A stretch of 63,457 nt of DNA, the filler included, from Atractiella rhizophila (Eukaryota), in the NCBI GenBank assembly GCA_021432655.1. It is 4 parts of 4 records of this genome, joined end to end, with 100 filler letters (N's around TTAATTAATTAA, not from the genome) between each part and the next. Parts side by side here need not be neighbours in the genome. Positions count along the whole stretch, not along the records: positions 35,158 to 52,434 come from MU271875.1; positions 52,535 to 63,457 come from MU271887.1; 2 more parts are not named here. One strand, 5' to 3'. The position numbers and the translations under genes were made by a program. Position 1 is the first letter of the stretch. Each line of letters begins with the position of its first letter. The notes beneath the pieces are model-generated. The model was not told the origin of the DNA and did not search any database. It saw nothing but the letters and a program-made list of their open reading frames with translations. Shown here in pieces: positions 47,801 through 62,001 of the stretch.

Positions 47801-50800
47801 GAAGATAATATCCAGCGCACGAACGCGGAGAACATCAGTCGAAATGGTCCACTCAAAAGAGGGATCATGGAGAATTGCAGTCGCGAACTCAGTGAACTTC
47901 CCCTGGTTCGTGATTGTTAATTGTCCGGTCCTATTTTCTAGCTCAGTGCTTTCCAGAGTGGCAGATGTCTCACGCACGTAACAAGGTCTGGAATGGCCGT
48001 GTTGGCAGCAGCGCAAAGGTCGGGAAGAGTGATAGTAGCGATGTTAGAGCCCTCCCAGCTCACAGTCACAGGCTTAGGAAAGCTGATTAGTGCATCGAAC
48101 GGGCCACTGCAACAGGAGTGAGAACAAGCTGGTTTGTATCAGGCAAACCCACGTATTCAACAAGCTTCCTCGCACTATCATTACAAGCGTCAGTGAAGCT
48201 TGCCAAGAACATCAAGACTTGTACGCTTACAATCGACTTGGAAACCATCATCGGTCACCTGAGAAATGTTGGCCTGAGAAAATTGAAGGGTCGATTGGTC
48301 CACCAAAGCCTAAATATGTTAATTGAGCCTCAGATCAGGAAAGAGATGATAGCCATACTTGAACAAGCGGAGCTCCAACAATGCCCACAAGGTACAGGGC
48401 GGTATCATCTACTTGAAGTGTCAGGAATATTCCAGCTGAGCTGTTTCAGTTTACCTGTGACTGCAGAAACATTGTGTTGCACAAAGTCTAGATCCGTTCG
48501 GTAGTCATCCAACCGTGTAGTTGATTCAATTGTGAGGTCCACAAAGAGGTTCTTCAACGTGGCCAAAATAGCGCCTGCATGTCCATCAAAAAATGAGCAA
48601 CTAAGTCAATAGAACGCACCAAGAACATCAAACTGCTGTCCGCTGTGACAATTCGGAGGGTTAAGGTCAGGAGTTGGGGTGACCGGAGTATCAGTACTGG
48701 GTAAGTTGTGCACGTATTGCAAGAGAGGGGGGAGAGGACCCAAATCCACCCCATTTACTTGCGAGGCGATGAACAAGAATTCGATGATAGCCTGTAGTCA
48801 GGATGAGCGAGCGAGGTTTAGTTTGAGGAAGAGCTTATACCTTTGGATCGATATTGAACTCGAAGGGCAACTCTCTACTGGTGATTGTGGAATGACCGGC
48901 GGCGCTTATTACAGGCGAGAGATTGCGTTGCTGTCAAGACAGACATGAGCCTTCTTTGACTGGATATAGTCTCCACATACGTTGATGCGACCAAGATTAA
49001 TACCATGGTATGTCGCGTTTGCAACCACTGCTTCCAAATTGATGGATGCAGTGAAAGGATTTACGAGAGTAAATGTGCTTGTCGCCAGTCCAGTCTGAGC
49101 AATGTTCAGAGGGAACTTGAGTGTTGCTTGGCTAGGAAACGTAGCATCAGCATTTGATCATCTGAAAAGGAGGTGACAAACGTAATGAGGTTTTGTTCCA
49201 GAGGGGGTATCTGCGTATTCAAGCTGATAGACGCTAATGCCTGCTTAAGCGAGGCGTATGGAGTCGTGTCTCTCGACCCTTGAATGACGGTGCTAGAGAC
49301 TATTGCTTGAATGTAATTCTCGAGCAAGACTTGGCCAGCCGCCCTCGCTGCTCCTCCTGACGGGGAATAGTGCACTGCTGTGGCTACGGTGTTGTTTCCA
49401 GGGACCAAAGTCAAACCCGCAATATTGGCTGTTCCGATTGTCTGGCCCTGAAAGACGAGATTGAATGCTACATCTCCTGTTATGATCGTGATATTGCTAG
49501 GGTTGAAAAGGTGCGCATTCGTATTGATCTGCAAACGCATTAGACCTCGAACTAAGACTAAGGCGCATGACTTACTTGTAAGTAGTCGGAGTAGCCGTGG
49601 AAGACATCCAAACTGTTCACATATTAACTATGACCTAAAGCGATCGGCCAAAAAAGAACTCACTCAGACACCGTGGTGGGTTGAGCATTCAGTCCCTGAA
49701 GCCCAGCTAAAGATGTTTCGACCCCAAAAACAATGTCGTCGACGTGCAGATTTCCAATGGCAGTGCCCGCGATGGCTGGAATCCAGGTTAAACAGGAGGA
49801 ATACTACAATAGAGGTACCTACTATTCGCGTTCCCTGTCAAACCAAAGTTCTTGGTCGTGCCTTGGGTGACATCCGTCAAATATTGAGAGAATGTGTCGT
49901 GAGCACTACCGATGGCAGCGAAAGGAACGTTGGCGAAGGTGAGGAGGATCACCCGAGTCTGGACGTTGGTTTGGGCGGGGGAAAGGGGTACTTCAATGTT
50001 AGCGAATGGTCTTCCATCGACCGCAGTAATGCTGTTTTGAATTTGGGTAATATCGACCGGAAAAGCGAACGGAAGTTGGAAGGTAGCAACGGTGTTGTCT
50101 GTCGAGAAGAGTGGGGCCCAATCAGTGCCTCCTGGGAAGTCAAGCGTAACCTGGTTAAGAGCGATTGATGTAATGACTTCAAGATCGACTGCTGCAGGGA
50201 GAATGACAGGAACACGAAGAGACGAAATGGCATCGTTGAGCCATGAGACGCCAGAAGGACCAGCGCTATCTCCCTGAACGACGAGATGGGCCGGGATTCC
50301 GTGAAGATAGGCGTTGAAAAGAGTCGAAACATCGTCCAGACCTTCTTGGGAACTCTGGGGCACAAGGCGACCAACGAGACTGAGATCAAAGCTTGCTTTG
50401 GGGAGGAGAGTGAAAGCGCTAGCGGCTGAGGCGGGTCCGATGTTGGTGTCTCCATAAAAGTTCTGGAAGGAGATGCCGGAAAGCTCAACACCCACACTCG
50501 AAGGGTTCGTAATGGTTGTCTCCAGGGTAAGATGAACGCCACCAGCAGGATCGTTGGCGGGGAGATCAAATGAACGAATGACGACGCCATTATTGCGCAG
50601 AGAGTTGATACCATTGAGAACAACAGTCTTTGAGATGGAAATTCCGGGCACTTTGCACCAATTTAAGTTCAACTTTGACAACAGAAAGGAGCAGGGACCT
50701 ACCAACAATTCCCAAAGCGCTCACTTCAAGCTCCGTCCCTTGAATTTGCCAGGTAAATTCTGGTTCTGTCAACAAATACCGGGTGAAGTCGGTAAGACGT

Positions 50801-52434
50801 CCAACATCAGCGACAGTAAAAGCAGATTGGAGGTTCAGGCTCGCTCCAACATCTCCAGTCAAAGCAACATCAGGCATGGCGAGAGATCCCAACTCCGCTC
50901 CATCCCAGAACACCCTGAGGCCAGACGCGAAAGTAATTCTAGCATCGAAGGGACCCGCGTTTGTGATCGCTCCAGTCAATGTGGTCCCAAATGAAGTAGG
51001 TTGGGGATTCGTGATGATCACAGTGTCGATAGATAACGTTGCTGCGTCTACAAGCTTCTGGACGATAGGAGCGGCGAGGATGGGCAACAAGAGATGGAGC
51101 GTAGCATCAGTTCGAACTGGCACATTTTGCTAAAGAGAAACATCCTCATTAGGAATGCAACGAGTATGGCGAATGAAACTTACCTGAGCGTAAGTGAGGG
51201 TAGTATGATAGTCCCCAATGTTGACGCCAGACACGAGACCAACCTCGACCGTGAGATGCGAAAAGGCTTGATCGACGAAAGAAGGTAAGTCGAACCTAGA
51301 GACGATGACTTAAACTCCTATCTCCAGAAAATGATATACCTACCCTCTGTAAATGTCAGCCTGGCGCTTCCAAAGCCCCTTGACATCAGCAAGCCTGTCG
51401 CTAGTCCACTCGCTGATGCTCTTCAGGTCTGGGCTAGAGATCAAATCCGCCTGAAATTTCTCTCCAGGACCGATTTCCCTCGAAGGTGACACCAGCAAGT
51501 GCTCGTAGTCATCTTGACCGAAGACACTCCAAGCACTGGCATCAACTCCACCTTCGATCAGACTCCTCGTTTCCAAAGCAGCATCCCTCTTCACCATCCT
51601 CGACGACGGCGGACCAGTCGTGGGAACATAATCGTATCCACCAAGCGCGACAATGCCATCAATTTGAGCTGTGGAGAGGCCAGCTTCTGTCGCCAGTTGT
51701 CGAAGGAGCGAGAAAATGTCAGGAGGGAACAAGTTCAGCGTGCTGATCCGACAATTTCTGAGCACAAACGTTGGGTGAGAAAAAGAAAGACATACAACGG
51801 TAATTCAGGAGAGTAGGTGCCAGCATGGCCAGCAGCGGGGAAGTTGGTTTCCGTTACGATAGAGCCTAGGTAGAGGCCACGTGCAGTGATATTCGATTGA
51901 ATCTGTAGCACTCGGAGATTAGTATGCTGGAGCGGGTGATGAGGCGGAGAAGGTCTTACATTCGTGATCGTCAGTCCAGACGTGAACTACCAAGTGCCAA
52001 ACAAGTCAGCACGTCAAGTCAATGTGACATGGGGATGGCTTACAGGATTGTTCAACAATACAGCGGTGTTCGCAATGGTATTAGTGACACCAGTGGTAGG
52101 GAGAACTGCAAATTGGATCTCAGTCACTCTCTTCAAGCTCAACGGAGACAAACCTGTGAGATTCGCGGCACCAAGAAGAGGAGTGTCCAATCCTGGAAGC
52201 GTAGCGTTAAGATGGATGGCCATGAAAGCCTGAGTAAGCGAATCGACGGAGGTGGATCCATTGACTGCACATGAAGGAGAAGGTATCAATATTATAACAC
52301 GACAGGGAGGAAGAAATGAACCCACATCCAGAGATAAAGAGCGATGTATCGAGCCCATTTGCGAATCGGTTGAGGGTGTCAAGAGCTCCCGGGTTGGCGT
52401 TAGCTTGGAAGAAACCTCTGGCGGCTACGGTTTG
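44873..52434 (-). CDS. Very large DUF3712/LEA2-like repeat protein, multi-exon, 5' end in gap
   Basis: Repeated beta-rich modules (GAITNAGPFDA.I.F, FDLPANDPAGGVHL, NPSSVGVEL, L.LVPG.N, STPY.SL..AL) and an S/T-rich tail ending MRPVA*. Confidence 0.85.
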
Positions 52435-52534
52435 NNNNNNNNNNNNNNNNNNNNNNNNNNNNNNNNNNNNNNNNNNNNTTAATTAATTAANNNNNNNNNN
52501 NNNNNNNNNNNNNNNNNNNNNNNNNNNNNNNNNN
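52435..52534. other. Assembly gap with TTAATTAATTAA linker
   Basis: 100-nt N run with linker. Confidence 0.97.
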
Positions 52535-53788
52535 CTCCGCGTCCGCACTCCAAGTTCGAATTGGGAGAGTTGAGAAGGATATTCTTCGGGTGGAGGTATA
52601 TCTGTTTCTCCCTCCTCTTCGTGTTCACGAGTCAGTTGGAGGCGTATGGAGTGAATGGAATCATGCCCATTTGGCTTAAGAGCACGGGTCTCGTGAGTCT
52701 TCCTCCCTCTCTCCCTCTCTCTCATGCATGCTCTTTGCTGACCGTTTATTTGTGCATGATGCGTGGTGTGCGATATAGTATTCTGTGTCTAAGAATTCCT
52801 ACTATGCTCTCGGATTGACAGCCGTCGCCATCTTCACCACCATCCTCTGTGGAATAGGGACCGACCTGTGGGGGAAGAGGTGGAAGGTCAACATCTTCAT
52901 GAGCGTCAGCTTGGTCTTTACTTCCATCCTCTTGCTTGTCTGGGACATACCCCTCTGGCTCAGTTCGTCCTCCTCCTTCACCATTCCTCGTCTGAGAGTG
53001 TGATGCTGATGCCGATGTTTTGTCTTGGACAGAGTTTACCGCATTTTGTGCGCTTTATTCTTTGTGTTGTTCAGTGTGGGAGAGCTGAGATGAGGCGGTA
53101 GATTTGGGAGGGATTGGATATGCAGGACAGGGCAGCAATTTCGCTTGGTATTTATTCACTCTCTCTTTATGGAAGGAAAAGAAACTGAGAGAATGATTTG
53201 AAGGGCGAACGAGGTTTGTCGAACTGATCAAGAGCGCGCTTGTGTGTCCTCCCCCTCCTCCCTCTCTTTATGGTCACTAACCGCTATTCGCTCAGTTACT
53301 CTATTCTCCATGGTTCGTCCATTGCCTCGTCTATGTTAGACAACACAAAAGTCTAATGTGGGAATTAACATGAAATAGAACATGTGGAGCAACGCTGTGA
53401 CAGCTTGGTGGATTCTTATCTTCTGGCCTGTAACCTCAGCACCGAAGTATCACAAAGGGATGATAGTCACGATTCCGATCGCAGTCGTTTCCTTGTGCGC
53501 TGTCATCCTTGTCGCCTCTGACAATACTGATTAACTTCTTCTCTCAGTATCATTGCTGGTGTGACCCAGTGGCTGTGGACCAGGGAGAAGCGTGCGAATG
53601 CTCAGGTTGGGCAGGAACGAAGAGGAGAGGAGCAGGCAGATAGGGTGGAGAATGAACACGAGGGATCACCTGCGGCTGATGATGCTAAGATGAGAGACTC
53701 AAAAGATCTGGAAGGTGCGTCTGTTGTGCTTCTGACATCCACATTCACTCAAAGTTGGTGGACAGACCTTGATATGAAGTCCACATAA
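52535..53788 (+). CDS. MFS anion:cation symporter, pantothenate transporter Fen2/Liz1-like, 3' half
   Basis: M.IWLKS, TDLWGKRW, FAWANEVCRTDQERA, MNMWSNAV.AWW...FWP..SAPKY.KGM. Confidence 0.8.
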
Positions 53789-53896
53789 GTCTCCAAAGGA
53801 GGCGTACCCCTCATAAGCGATGACGGAACTTGTACCATAGTCGAGTACAATCTCGCTTGCAAACTGCAAGCGATTCTTCATTTGGTTGCGGCAGAA

Positions 53897-55125
53897 CTAC
53901 AACTTCGGCTTGATCTCTGGAGGACCATGGTACCACTCTACTTCTGCCACTCTCTCTCTAATCTTGCCCTCCGCCAGCCACATCCTATAAAACTCCCACA
54001 ATCCACCCTCTCCTGTTCTTCCCCTTCCCTTCTTTCTAAACGAATTCATATGTCCCACCTCTCCCCATCCCATCTTCTCCGGGTTCACATACCGCCCATA
54101 CATCCTCGCAAAAGGGAGATGAGGCATCTGCCCCTTCCTTATAGGCTCAATAGAACCGAGAAAGGTATCGTCTGTGTACACCACCGTCATAGTAGGAACA
54201 GAATAACCAGAAATAGCATCCGGCAATCCAGCCTTCGACCAGATGTAATCTTCCGTCAACATCCCTCCCCACCAATCCTCTGCCACACCAAGCGTCATCT
54301 CCTCCCCGACGGTGAGCTCGGGTCCAGGCAGGTAACCGAGCGCGCGACACCAATCCAATATCCCTCCAACGCGTGCAGTCGCCTCTTCAAGCGTCTCAGG
54401 AGGTAACGAAGTGGTCGGATCGTGTCGAGCGGACATGAAGCGGCAGCTCGGGTTCCAGCAACTGACGAAGAGTGCGCGGGAGAAGCGAGACCAATATATC
54501 GCGGGGAGGATCGTGAATACGTTCCCTTTCGAATACCACATTACGGGAGTGAGTGAACATGAATTGGAAGAGACAATATCGTACCCCCGTTGCTGTGTCC
54601 TAGCCACACCAGTTCCTCACCCCTGAACCGTCCATAGACAAAATCGCTCGCCGCTTTCGCGTCGTTAGCCCACTGATGGNNNNNNNNNNNNNNNNNNNNN
54701 NNNNNNNNNNNNNNNNNNNNNNNNNNNNNNNNNNNNNNNNNNNNNNNNNNNNNNNNNNNNNNNNNNNNNNNNNNNNNNNNNNNNNNNNNNNNNNNNNNNN
54801 NNNNNNNNNNNNNNNNNNNNNNNNNNNNNNNNNNNNNNNNNNNNNNNNNNNNNNNNNNNNNNNNNNNNNNNNNNNNNNNNNNNNNNNNNNNNNNNNNNNN
54901 NNNNNNNNNNNNNNNNNNNNNNNNNNNNNNNNNNNNNNNNNNNNNNNNNNNNNNNNNNNNNNNNNNNNNNNNNNNNNNNNNNNNNNNNNNNNNNNNNNNN
55001 NNNNNNNNNNNNNNNNNNNNNNNNNNNNNNNNNNNNNNNNNNNNNNNNNNNNNNNNNNNNNNNNNNNNNNNNNNNNTACAGGGTGCCGGTTGGGGTGTTG
55101 AAGAAGAAGCGGCCCCAGGCGCCAT
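53897..55125 (-). CDS. Predicted alpha/beta hydrolase spanning a gap; start uncertain
   Basis: QWANDAKAA...WLGHSNGG nucleophile elbow (intron right after), YLPG, TDD and GHMNSF. Confidence 0.7.
54680..55076. other. Assembly gap (N run, no linker)
   Basis: 397 N. Confidence 0.97.
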
Positions 55126-55343
55126 GTTCGTGTTCGCGCTGTGTCGTGAGGTGGATCAAGCGAAAGCAAAGCGATAAGTTATATTTTTCTGCCAGTGCAG
55201 CGAATGCCGGGTAATAGCCGCTCTAACCGGAGCCAACCTTAGTCGCGGAAAGAATTAGCGGATAGTGTAGACTGGAAAGGAGTTGTACGATCTTTGGGCA
55301 ATCGGTGATATCCTAACAATCCTTGCTGAACCTTGAACTCATC

Positions 55344-56819
55344 ATGGTTTGTCTCCCTTCGATTTCCCAACCTCAACCATAACACTGAGTGCTTTCCAGC
55401 ACGGAGTAAAGCGTACTCGCGAAACCCAAAGACCCCGAAAGCGTAGCAAAGGCAAAGCGGGAGAAAGAACTGAAAGCCGTTGAGGAGTACCAGGCACTTT
55501 TATCGGATTTCAATCAACGAGTTTGTCTTGTCCCACTCAAGTCGTTTCTTCCACACCCTGAGACGAGCCTGCCTTTCGTGCGGATAGAGGAGAGATAAGG
55601 ACTTCTCGACTGATTCACTCAATGTCACGACCAAACTGTTGACCAAGAATCCGGATTTTTCAGACCTGCTGGAACAGTCGACGGTTGATCATCACCAAAT
55701 ATCTTGCGAGATGCGTTCGTTCCAGATCTCTTTCTTTGGTGAGGGTGACGGCTGAATAAAGCTTGTAGGGACTTACCCACCCGGCAAACGCTGTATAAGC
55801 AAGAAGTCCACCTCACGACAGCGGCATTGGCACAGAACCCGAAGGTGTATTGCGTGTGGGATTACAGGAAGTGGGTGCTGGAGAACATGCCGTTTCCAGA
55901 TTGGGGTAAGGAGTTGGGACAGATCGAGATGCTGTTGAACGCAGATGCGAGGAATTGTGCGTCGTCCCGCATCCCCCGCTTCTGCTGCCTACAAAGAGTT
56001 GACTTCTGGGAGAATCAGTTCACGTCTGGGACTACCGGCCGATACGTGACACGCATCCTCTTCGCCTTACCTCCAGATGCCTTCGACAAAGATTCCCGTC
56101 CCCTCGCTGCGCCAGAACTTCCGAGAGTGACGACTGAGGGAGAAATGGAGTTCACGAGAGCCAAGATCTCGAAAGATCTAGGAAACTATTCTGCGTGGCA
56201 TTATCGGTACTTGCTTCTTTGCGTTATTCTTCTACTTCAGGTTAAGCTTATGCGGATCAAAGGACTAAAATGTTTGCTAAACTCGTCAACGAGTCGCAGT
56301 GGTCCTTGACGTCCTCAGAACGGGCTAAGGTAGTTGATACTGGTATATTGCTCTAGTTTTTCTCCACCTCATGATTCACGTCATCTAACTGACTCATCTA
56401 CAGAATTCGAACTGGTCCTGAAGGTTCTTTGGACCGACCCTTCCATCCAATCCGCCTGGTTCTACCACCGATGGCTCCTCGGTTTCGCAGAGGAAGCAGG
56501 CGCCGTGTCATTCCTTCCTGTTTTAAAAAGGGAGGTGAAGAACGTGGAGGAGCTGTATGAGTTCGAGCCTGATACTCGCTGTGCGTCCCGCTCCCATCAT
56601 TTCAATGCAGTCTGAAGAGACGACGCAGGGTGCATGGACGCCCTCGTCCGGTGTCGCCTCAAACTAGCAGATTTGCAGGGTTTGAATACGCAAGAGACGG
56701 AGGGAGTGAAGAAGGAGTGTGGAGAGCTTCTGACTAGGCTGCAGGAGATTGATAAAGATCGTAAAGGGAGATATGCCGATTTGGCAAAGTCTTCTCTGTT
56801 GTCCGCTTCTGCGTCTTAA
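55344..56819 (+). CDS. BET4: Rab geranylgeranyltransferase alpha subunit, with at least three 1-nt frameshifts as assembled
   Basis: M|HGVKR, NPDF.TCWN.RR, NPKVYCVWDYRKW, DARNFHVWDYRR, GNYSAWHYR, WTDP..QSAWFYHRWL, ID..RKGRY.DL. Confidence 0.88.
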
Positions 56820-59800
56820 TCTGATGCTGGTGAGGTGAAACTAGGAATTGTGTGAATTTAATAGATGATGTAACGCTATTGTAATCCACGTTGTTACTCT
56901 CGACGTTGATATCGGACATATGCGCTTCTACAAAGGTGCAAATCCCTTTTGAATAGTTTGCTATTCACTCCTGGGGATTGTTTTCTTGTGTATGAGGGCA
57001 AGTATCATGGAAAGAAAGTTGCTGGACCTTACCGAGTGACGATGACTCACTTTTTCTAAGTTGATGCTGGTGCGAACGACGATACTGTAGCAAGAGGACG
57101 CTCGAGGAAGAACCAGATGCATTTTGATCAGTTATCACTGTTCAGAACGTTCAGGCATGAGGTAACTGGTCTATTGTCGAAGTCTGTGATAGTATAGTGT
57201 CCGATCCAATTCGCGCTATTATTTGTACACGGCCCCATCGATTGGTTTGGAACCGGCTCTCTTCTCTCCTCTTTTACGTGACATTTATTAGGAGTGTGCT
57301 AATCCAAGTTTCTAAGACATAAAGGGAGACCCAGAGGCAGGAGAGGTTAAGTTATGTCTTGTTCTCGCTGTTTCAAACAGAGTTACGGCAGACTACACAT
57401 ATAGGTGTACACAAAGGCAGAATTTGATCACAGAGAGTGAAAGAAACTGTTGCGTGGAAGTAGAGAGGAAGGTAGTCGAAGTGGTGGCGAAATATCGAAC
57501 CCGTCACGTGCATCTTGGAAGAAATGAGAATATTAGTTTTCAAAGTTCAACCAGGGCAAGTGTACCCACCGTTTTCCACCTCAACCGTAGGAGTTGTTTC
57601 AAATGATACCTGCGCGCCGCCTTCAATGTCTGCTATCAGGTAGGAATAAAGCGAAAATGCGTACAAGCGAGCAATCTAGCCAGAAACTCCAACACCATCT
57701 CTTCAGGGACGACATGTTGGTCGCCATTCACCTCAATGATGTACGTATGTTCCATTTTTTCCTTCAAAAAGCAGCTTCTGACGGGCAATGAAACGGGGTG
57801 AGGAGGGCTTACAACAAACGTCCATTGGGTAATTCTGGGGGAAGCTTCCATGTCGATAGGTGAGAGTTTCTTGCGTAATGGATAGAAGATAATGGATAGG
57901 TGACAGTGAAGTAGCTTTGAGCCATGAAGGATGAGAGGATTATGTCTTCACTTTATATAAGCTGACTGCCTTCATGATCGCGTCCCGCCGCTTCAGCATA
58001 CCACGAAAAAGTGAAAGCTTGCTTGTTGCTATGATCACGTAACTCCTCACCGACGATTGCAACAATGTCAGGGACCTTCTACAGCATCGTTCATTCAAAC
58101 TTGCACGTACAAAGACTTTCTCACTGTTTGCCCAAGGCAGCTCGCGAAAAGGAAGGTCAATGACACACGGAGGGCACGATCCCCGCACGAGACGAACGAG
58201 TGTTTCTATTGGTTTCTTCGCTCAATGATTCCAAGTACACCATTTCCGGCAGTCCTCTCTTTGGACGCCTTACGGCCATTGTCAGTATCGGCATAACCGT
58301 CACAGCGTGCCGTGAATCTCTCCTCAGGAGACCGAGCCTGACCGACGGTCAAAGCACAATATTCCATGAAAATACTTGCGAACACCAGGTGTGTTTAATG
58401 ACTCCTACGTGCGACATCCTTCGATAGGGCAGGATGGAGATGGAGACGCGTGCAAGTAATCTTGGAAACTTGGAACCCATGACTCCTCTGCACTACTGGG
58501 AACTTAATGAAAACGCACGATTGCCGGCGTACAGGGCCACATCATGTTGCCAATTCCCACCGACTACAGATCCCAGTTCATCGCTCCACCCGAACTTCCC
58601 TTTGATAGCTTTACAGTACCCATCCTTGCCAACTCCACACCCACTTCTTGTTGAGTTAACAGGAGGCGGCGGATATGCTCGGATCCGTCGCCATATCTGA
58701 ACTTTCACCTTTATCGAAACACAATCCATTAGTGGCTCCACCGTTCATCGTAAACTAGCGAAACAGCTCTACAAGATATGCAGCTAGACCAGTTGAAGTG
58801 AGAGTTAGGAGTTAACGGCCTTGAAGTTGAGAGGGGAGCACATTACAAGGAGATGTGCGGGATAGGACGTTTTTATCACCGTGAGTGCATCAATTCTGAA
58901 TGAGTCTTGCGCCCGCCAAGTTTAGCGACATTGCATCGTTTAAACGCGTACTTCTTGAGATTCTTTTGCCATCCTTCTTGCTCTTTGCCCATCGGCATGG
59001 ATATATCATGCTTGCTGGGCAGGCCAGCTTCGTTGATTGTTGTAACCGAGAAGCGAAGCAATTTGAACGTTCTGTATGGATCAGCATGTCTGTTTCTCAC
59101 TTTGGATCATGTTTCAAGACTGGAAATGACGTAAGTAGATTGAAACAAAGGACGGTGACTTGCTATAGATTTGCTCGACTGGCTCCTTGTGTATTAGGGT
59201 ATAACCAAGGCTAATCCACTCGCGAAAAAGAGTAGGAATTGCAGCTTGAGCAGTCTTCTTTATTGAGATTGTCCTACTTCGAATAGAAATAGCCAAGAAG
59301 AGAATCAGATGAATTTAATTTGATGCACGCATACAGTCTAAATATCGTTTTCTGGGAGAAGGAGAAGGACAATAGATGAAATACGTTATGACCTTGGAAA
59401 ATACGAGGTCATTCTTTGCGGAGCAGGCACAGCGATTCCATCACCCCATGATGCATGAGTTTAATTCGGAGCGACTTCTGAACAGTGTCCTACCCAATTC
59501 CTCAGCACATTTCAGCAGAAAAGGTAAGTTTGAAAGATTGTATGGGCCAGCAAACTCGCGAGGACCGTCAACAACATTTCTTCAGGAATGACATGTTGTT
59601 TTCCGTTCAGCTGGATGATGTACCTTTGATAACCCTTTCCCTACAAAAAAGCGACGTTGCATAGCTGACCAAAAGGAAGAAGGAGACTCGCCACAAATCT
59701 CCACTGGTTGGCGAGGGAATTTTCCATTGACACGAGAGTTCTGGTAGTTGGTAGCGCTGGGAGGAGTATCTTGAAGAGAATAAGATGGGTGTCTTTCAGC

Positions 59801-62001
59801 CTCTTTTATATCTCTGTCCTCATTTAATCATGCTTTGTACATCTGTGTAGCCCAAAGTTAAATAGGGGATTAAAAACCTGCTTTCAGTTACATCCTTTAT
59901 TGAACATCTTTACAAGTTTATCGTCCTCCATTTGCCCTTCATTTCGTGTTCCTTCCTCCGTCTCCTCCGACATGTGCTGCGATAACAGAGTTCTCATCAC
60001 TTTGATCAACGGTCCACGCTCTCAGCCTTGATTGCTAGCAAGATCGTCGAATACACTCATTTCCGTTTGCCATTTTATCCCCACTGTGTCACCGCCTAAT
60101 ACCGCATTCTTGCGGTTGGACGCCATGACGTCGTGGTTTTGGACAAGGATTCAATTTTTCCGTCATTTGGACAATAATCCAATACGTTTCCACATTTGTA
60201 TTGACCGCTCCGAAGGAGTGCGACTTCACAAAGCACAAAGCACGAGGTGGACGAGTGAAACAAACGTCTTTCTCAATTCGGCCCCTGAGCGCTGGAAATT
60301 TAAAATTTGCGACGGGAGATACACGCCCACAGTGGACTGTGTGATGTTCTCTTGGCTTCATTGTCCAGTATACAAGATTCACAAATTACTCTAAAGATGC
60401 TGGTACTCTAGAAACATTGATGGGGATCGTAGTGTAATATTTGGAGCAAGATTTGTTGAGTTCGTTTGTCACTGCCCAACTGGAATCCTGAGTTAGCTAG
60501 TTGCTACAAAAAAACACGAAGATGGATGCTAGGACTGACTTCTGCCCACACTTAGATGGTAAGGGTTGAACGTTGAACATTGGATATTGAATTGAAGGGT
60601 TTGGACGGATCCCCTCGTCCTACTATAACTGATGTGTTTCTAGTGTGTTGCTGAATTAGAGTTACAAAGTGGAGGCTCAGTTTAATTTTTATGTGTTGAC
60701 AGGAGTTGAGTGCAGTTCAGAGAGCGATCATTGTACCTGGTCGAACGAGATTTTGGGTTCTCTGTCAGGTCGATTGGTTAAGGTGCCTGACTGGACTGGG
60801 CTGTTCCATTGCCCTCAAGGATGATTGTCCATAATCCAAGTTTTTTGATGTTCAAACATTGTCACGACGTAGAACAGACGGAAGTCAGATTTGGTCACAC
60901 AGATTTCTCGAAGGAGGAGACAGGAAGGAAGATGACAAGGATAGGTGAATCCGTTTCTTACGTGATTTTAGCAAGAAGTTTCGAATATGTAGTCTGGGGA
61001 CAACCACAACAGACATATCCCTGATTGCATTCTAGTTCAACTGAGGGAGGAGCTTCAAGCGATTTGTAATCCCATTCTTCAGTACGTGTGATCAGAAACA
61101 ATAAAGGCAATACTGGCAAGTAATCTGGCAAAAATATCCAGCAACAACTGTTCTCAGAGGGCATCCTGTTTCTCGTCTACCTCAATGGTGCATGCACCTC
61201 CCCTTTTCCCCTACAAGCGACCATTATATAGCCTAAGCTTGGACATGAGTATAGCTATGGCAATAGCGCAAGCTAGCCAAGAGGGCAGTTTAGGGGGTTA
61301 GCATATTAGGTAGCAACATCACATATGAATCCTCAACCAACTGGAGAGGGAAATCCCAAAGGGGAACGTTTGAGCTTTTACGTCTATAAAAACAATACAA
61401 GCGACTTTTGGAGTGTTGCCTGAAGCAGGATGCTGGCACTCATGATGAGTCTCCATTGTGTGATGTTGGGAGAAGATTCCATTTTGAGAGTTCTTGTTCA
61501 AACGACAGGTATTGGGGAATTAATTGGGAGGGTTAGAGAGTGTGATCCAGGTCCTGTCTTCTCACATGTAGGTGTTACTAGTTGTTGCGGCTCCGACTCG
61601 CCGTTTGTGCGCTACAAAGTGGTGCCACAATACCGCATAAGAACATCCATCAATAATCTCTGCGCTCAGCATTCCTGCTTCGACTTCTCGTGAGTGGTGG
61701 GGATCCGAGACACGAATCGCGTGGGCGAGGGCGAGGAATGACTGGATTGATGCGAAGAGTTCCAGTTGATCGCTGAAAGTTTAAACTTGCGCCAAACGCG
61801 AGCTTTGACTGTTCGATCCTCCTTGCCTCCGAGTCTTGGCGAATGTGTCACAACTCGAATGAGTCGCCGTCGCTGGTATGACCCACTGTACCTGCGGAGC
61901 CACCAAGCTCCTTCCTCTTAACCCTTCCACTTGGTGAGCTCATCCCAATTTTCCTCAGTCCCTCTTTCTAGTTATCATTACCTCTTGGACGGGTTAGAAG
62001 G

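Noticed and set aside
54541..55169. ORFs full of X across the gap
   Set aside because: Artefacts of translating N runs
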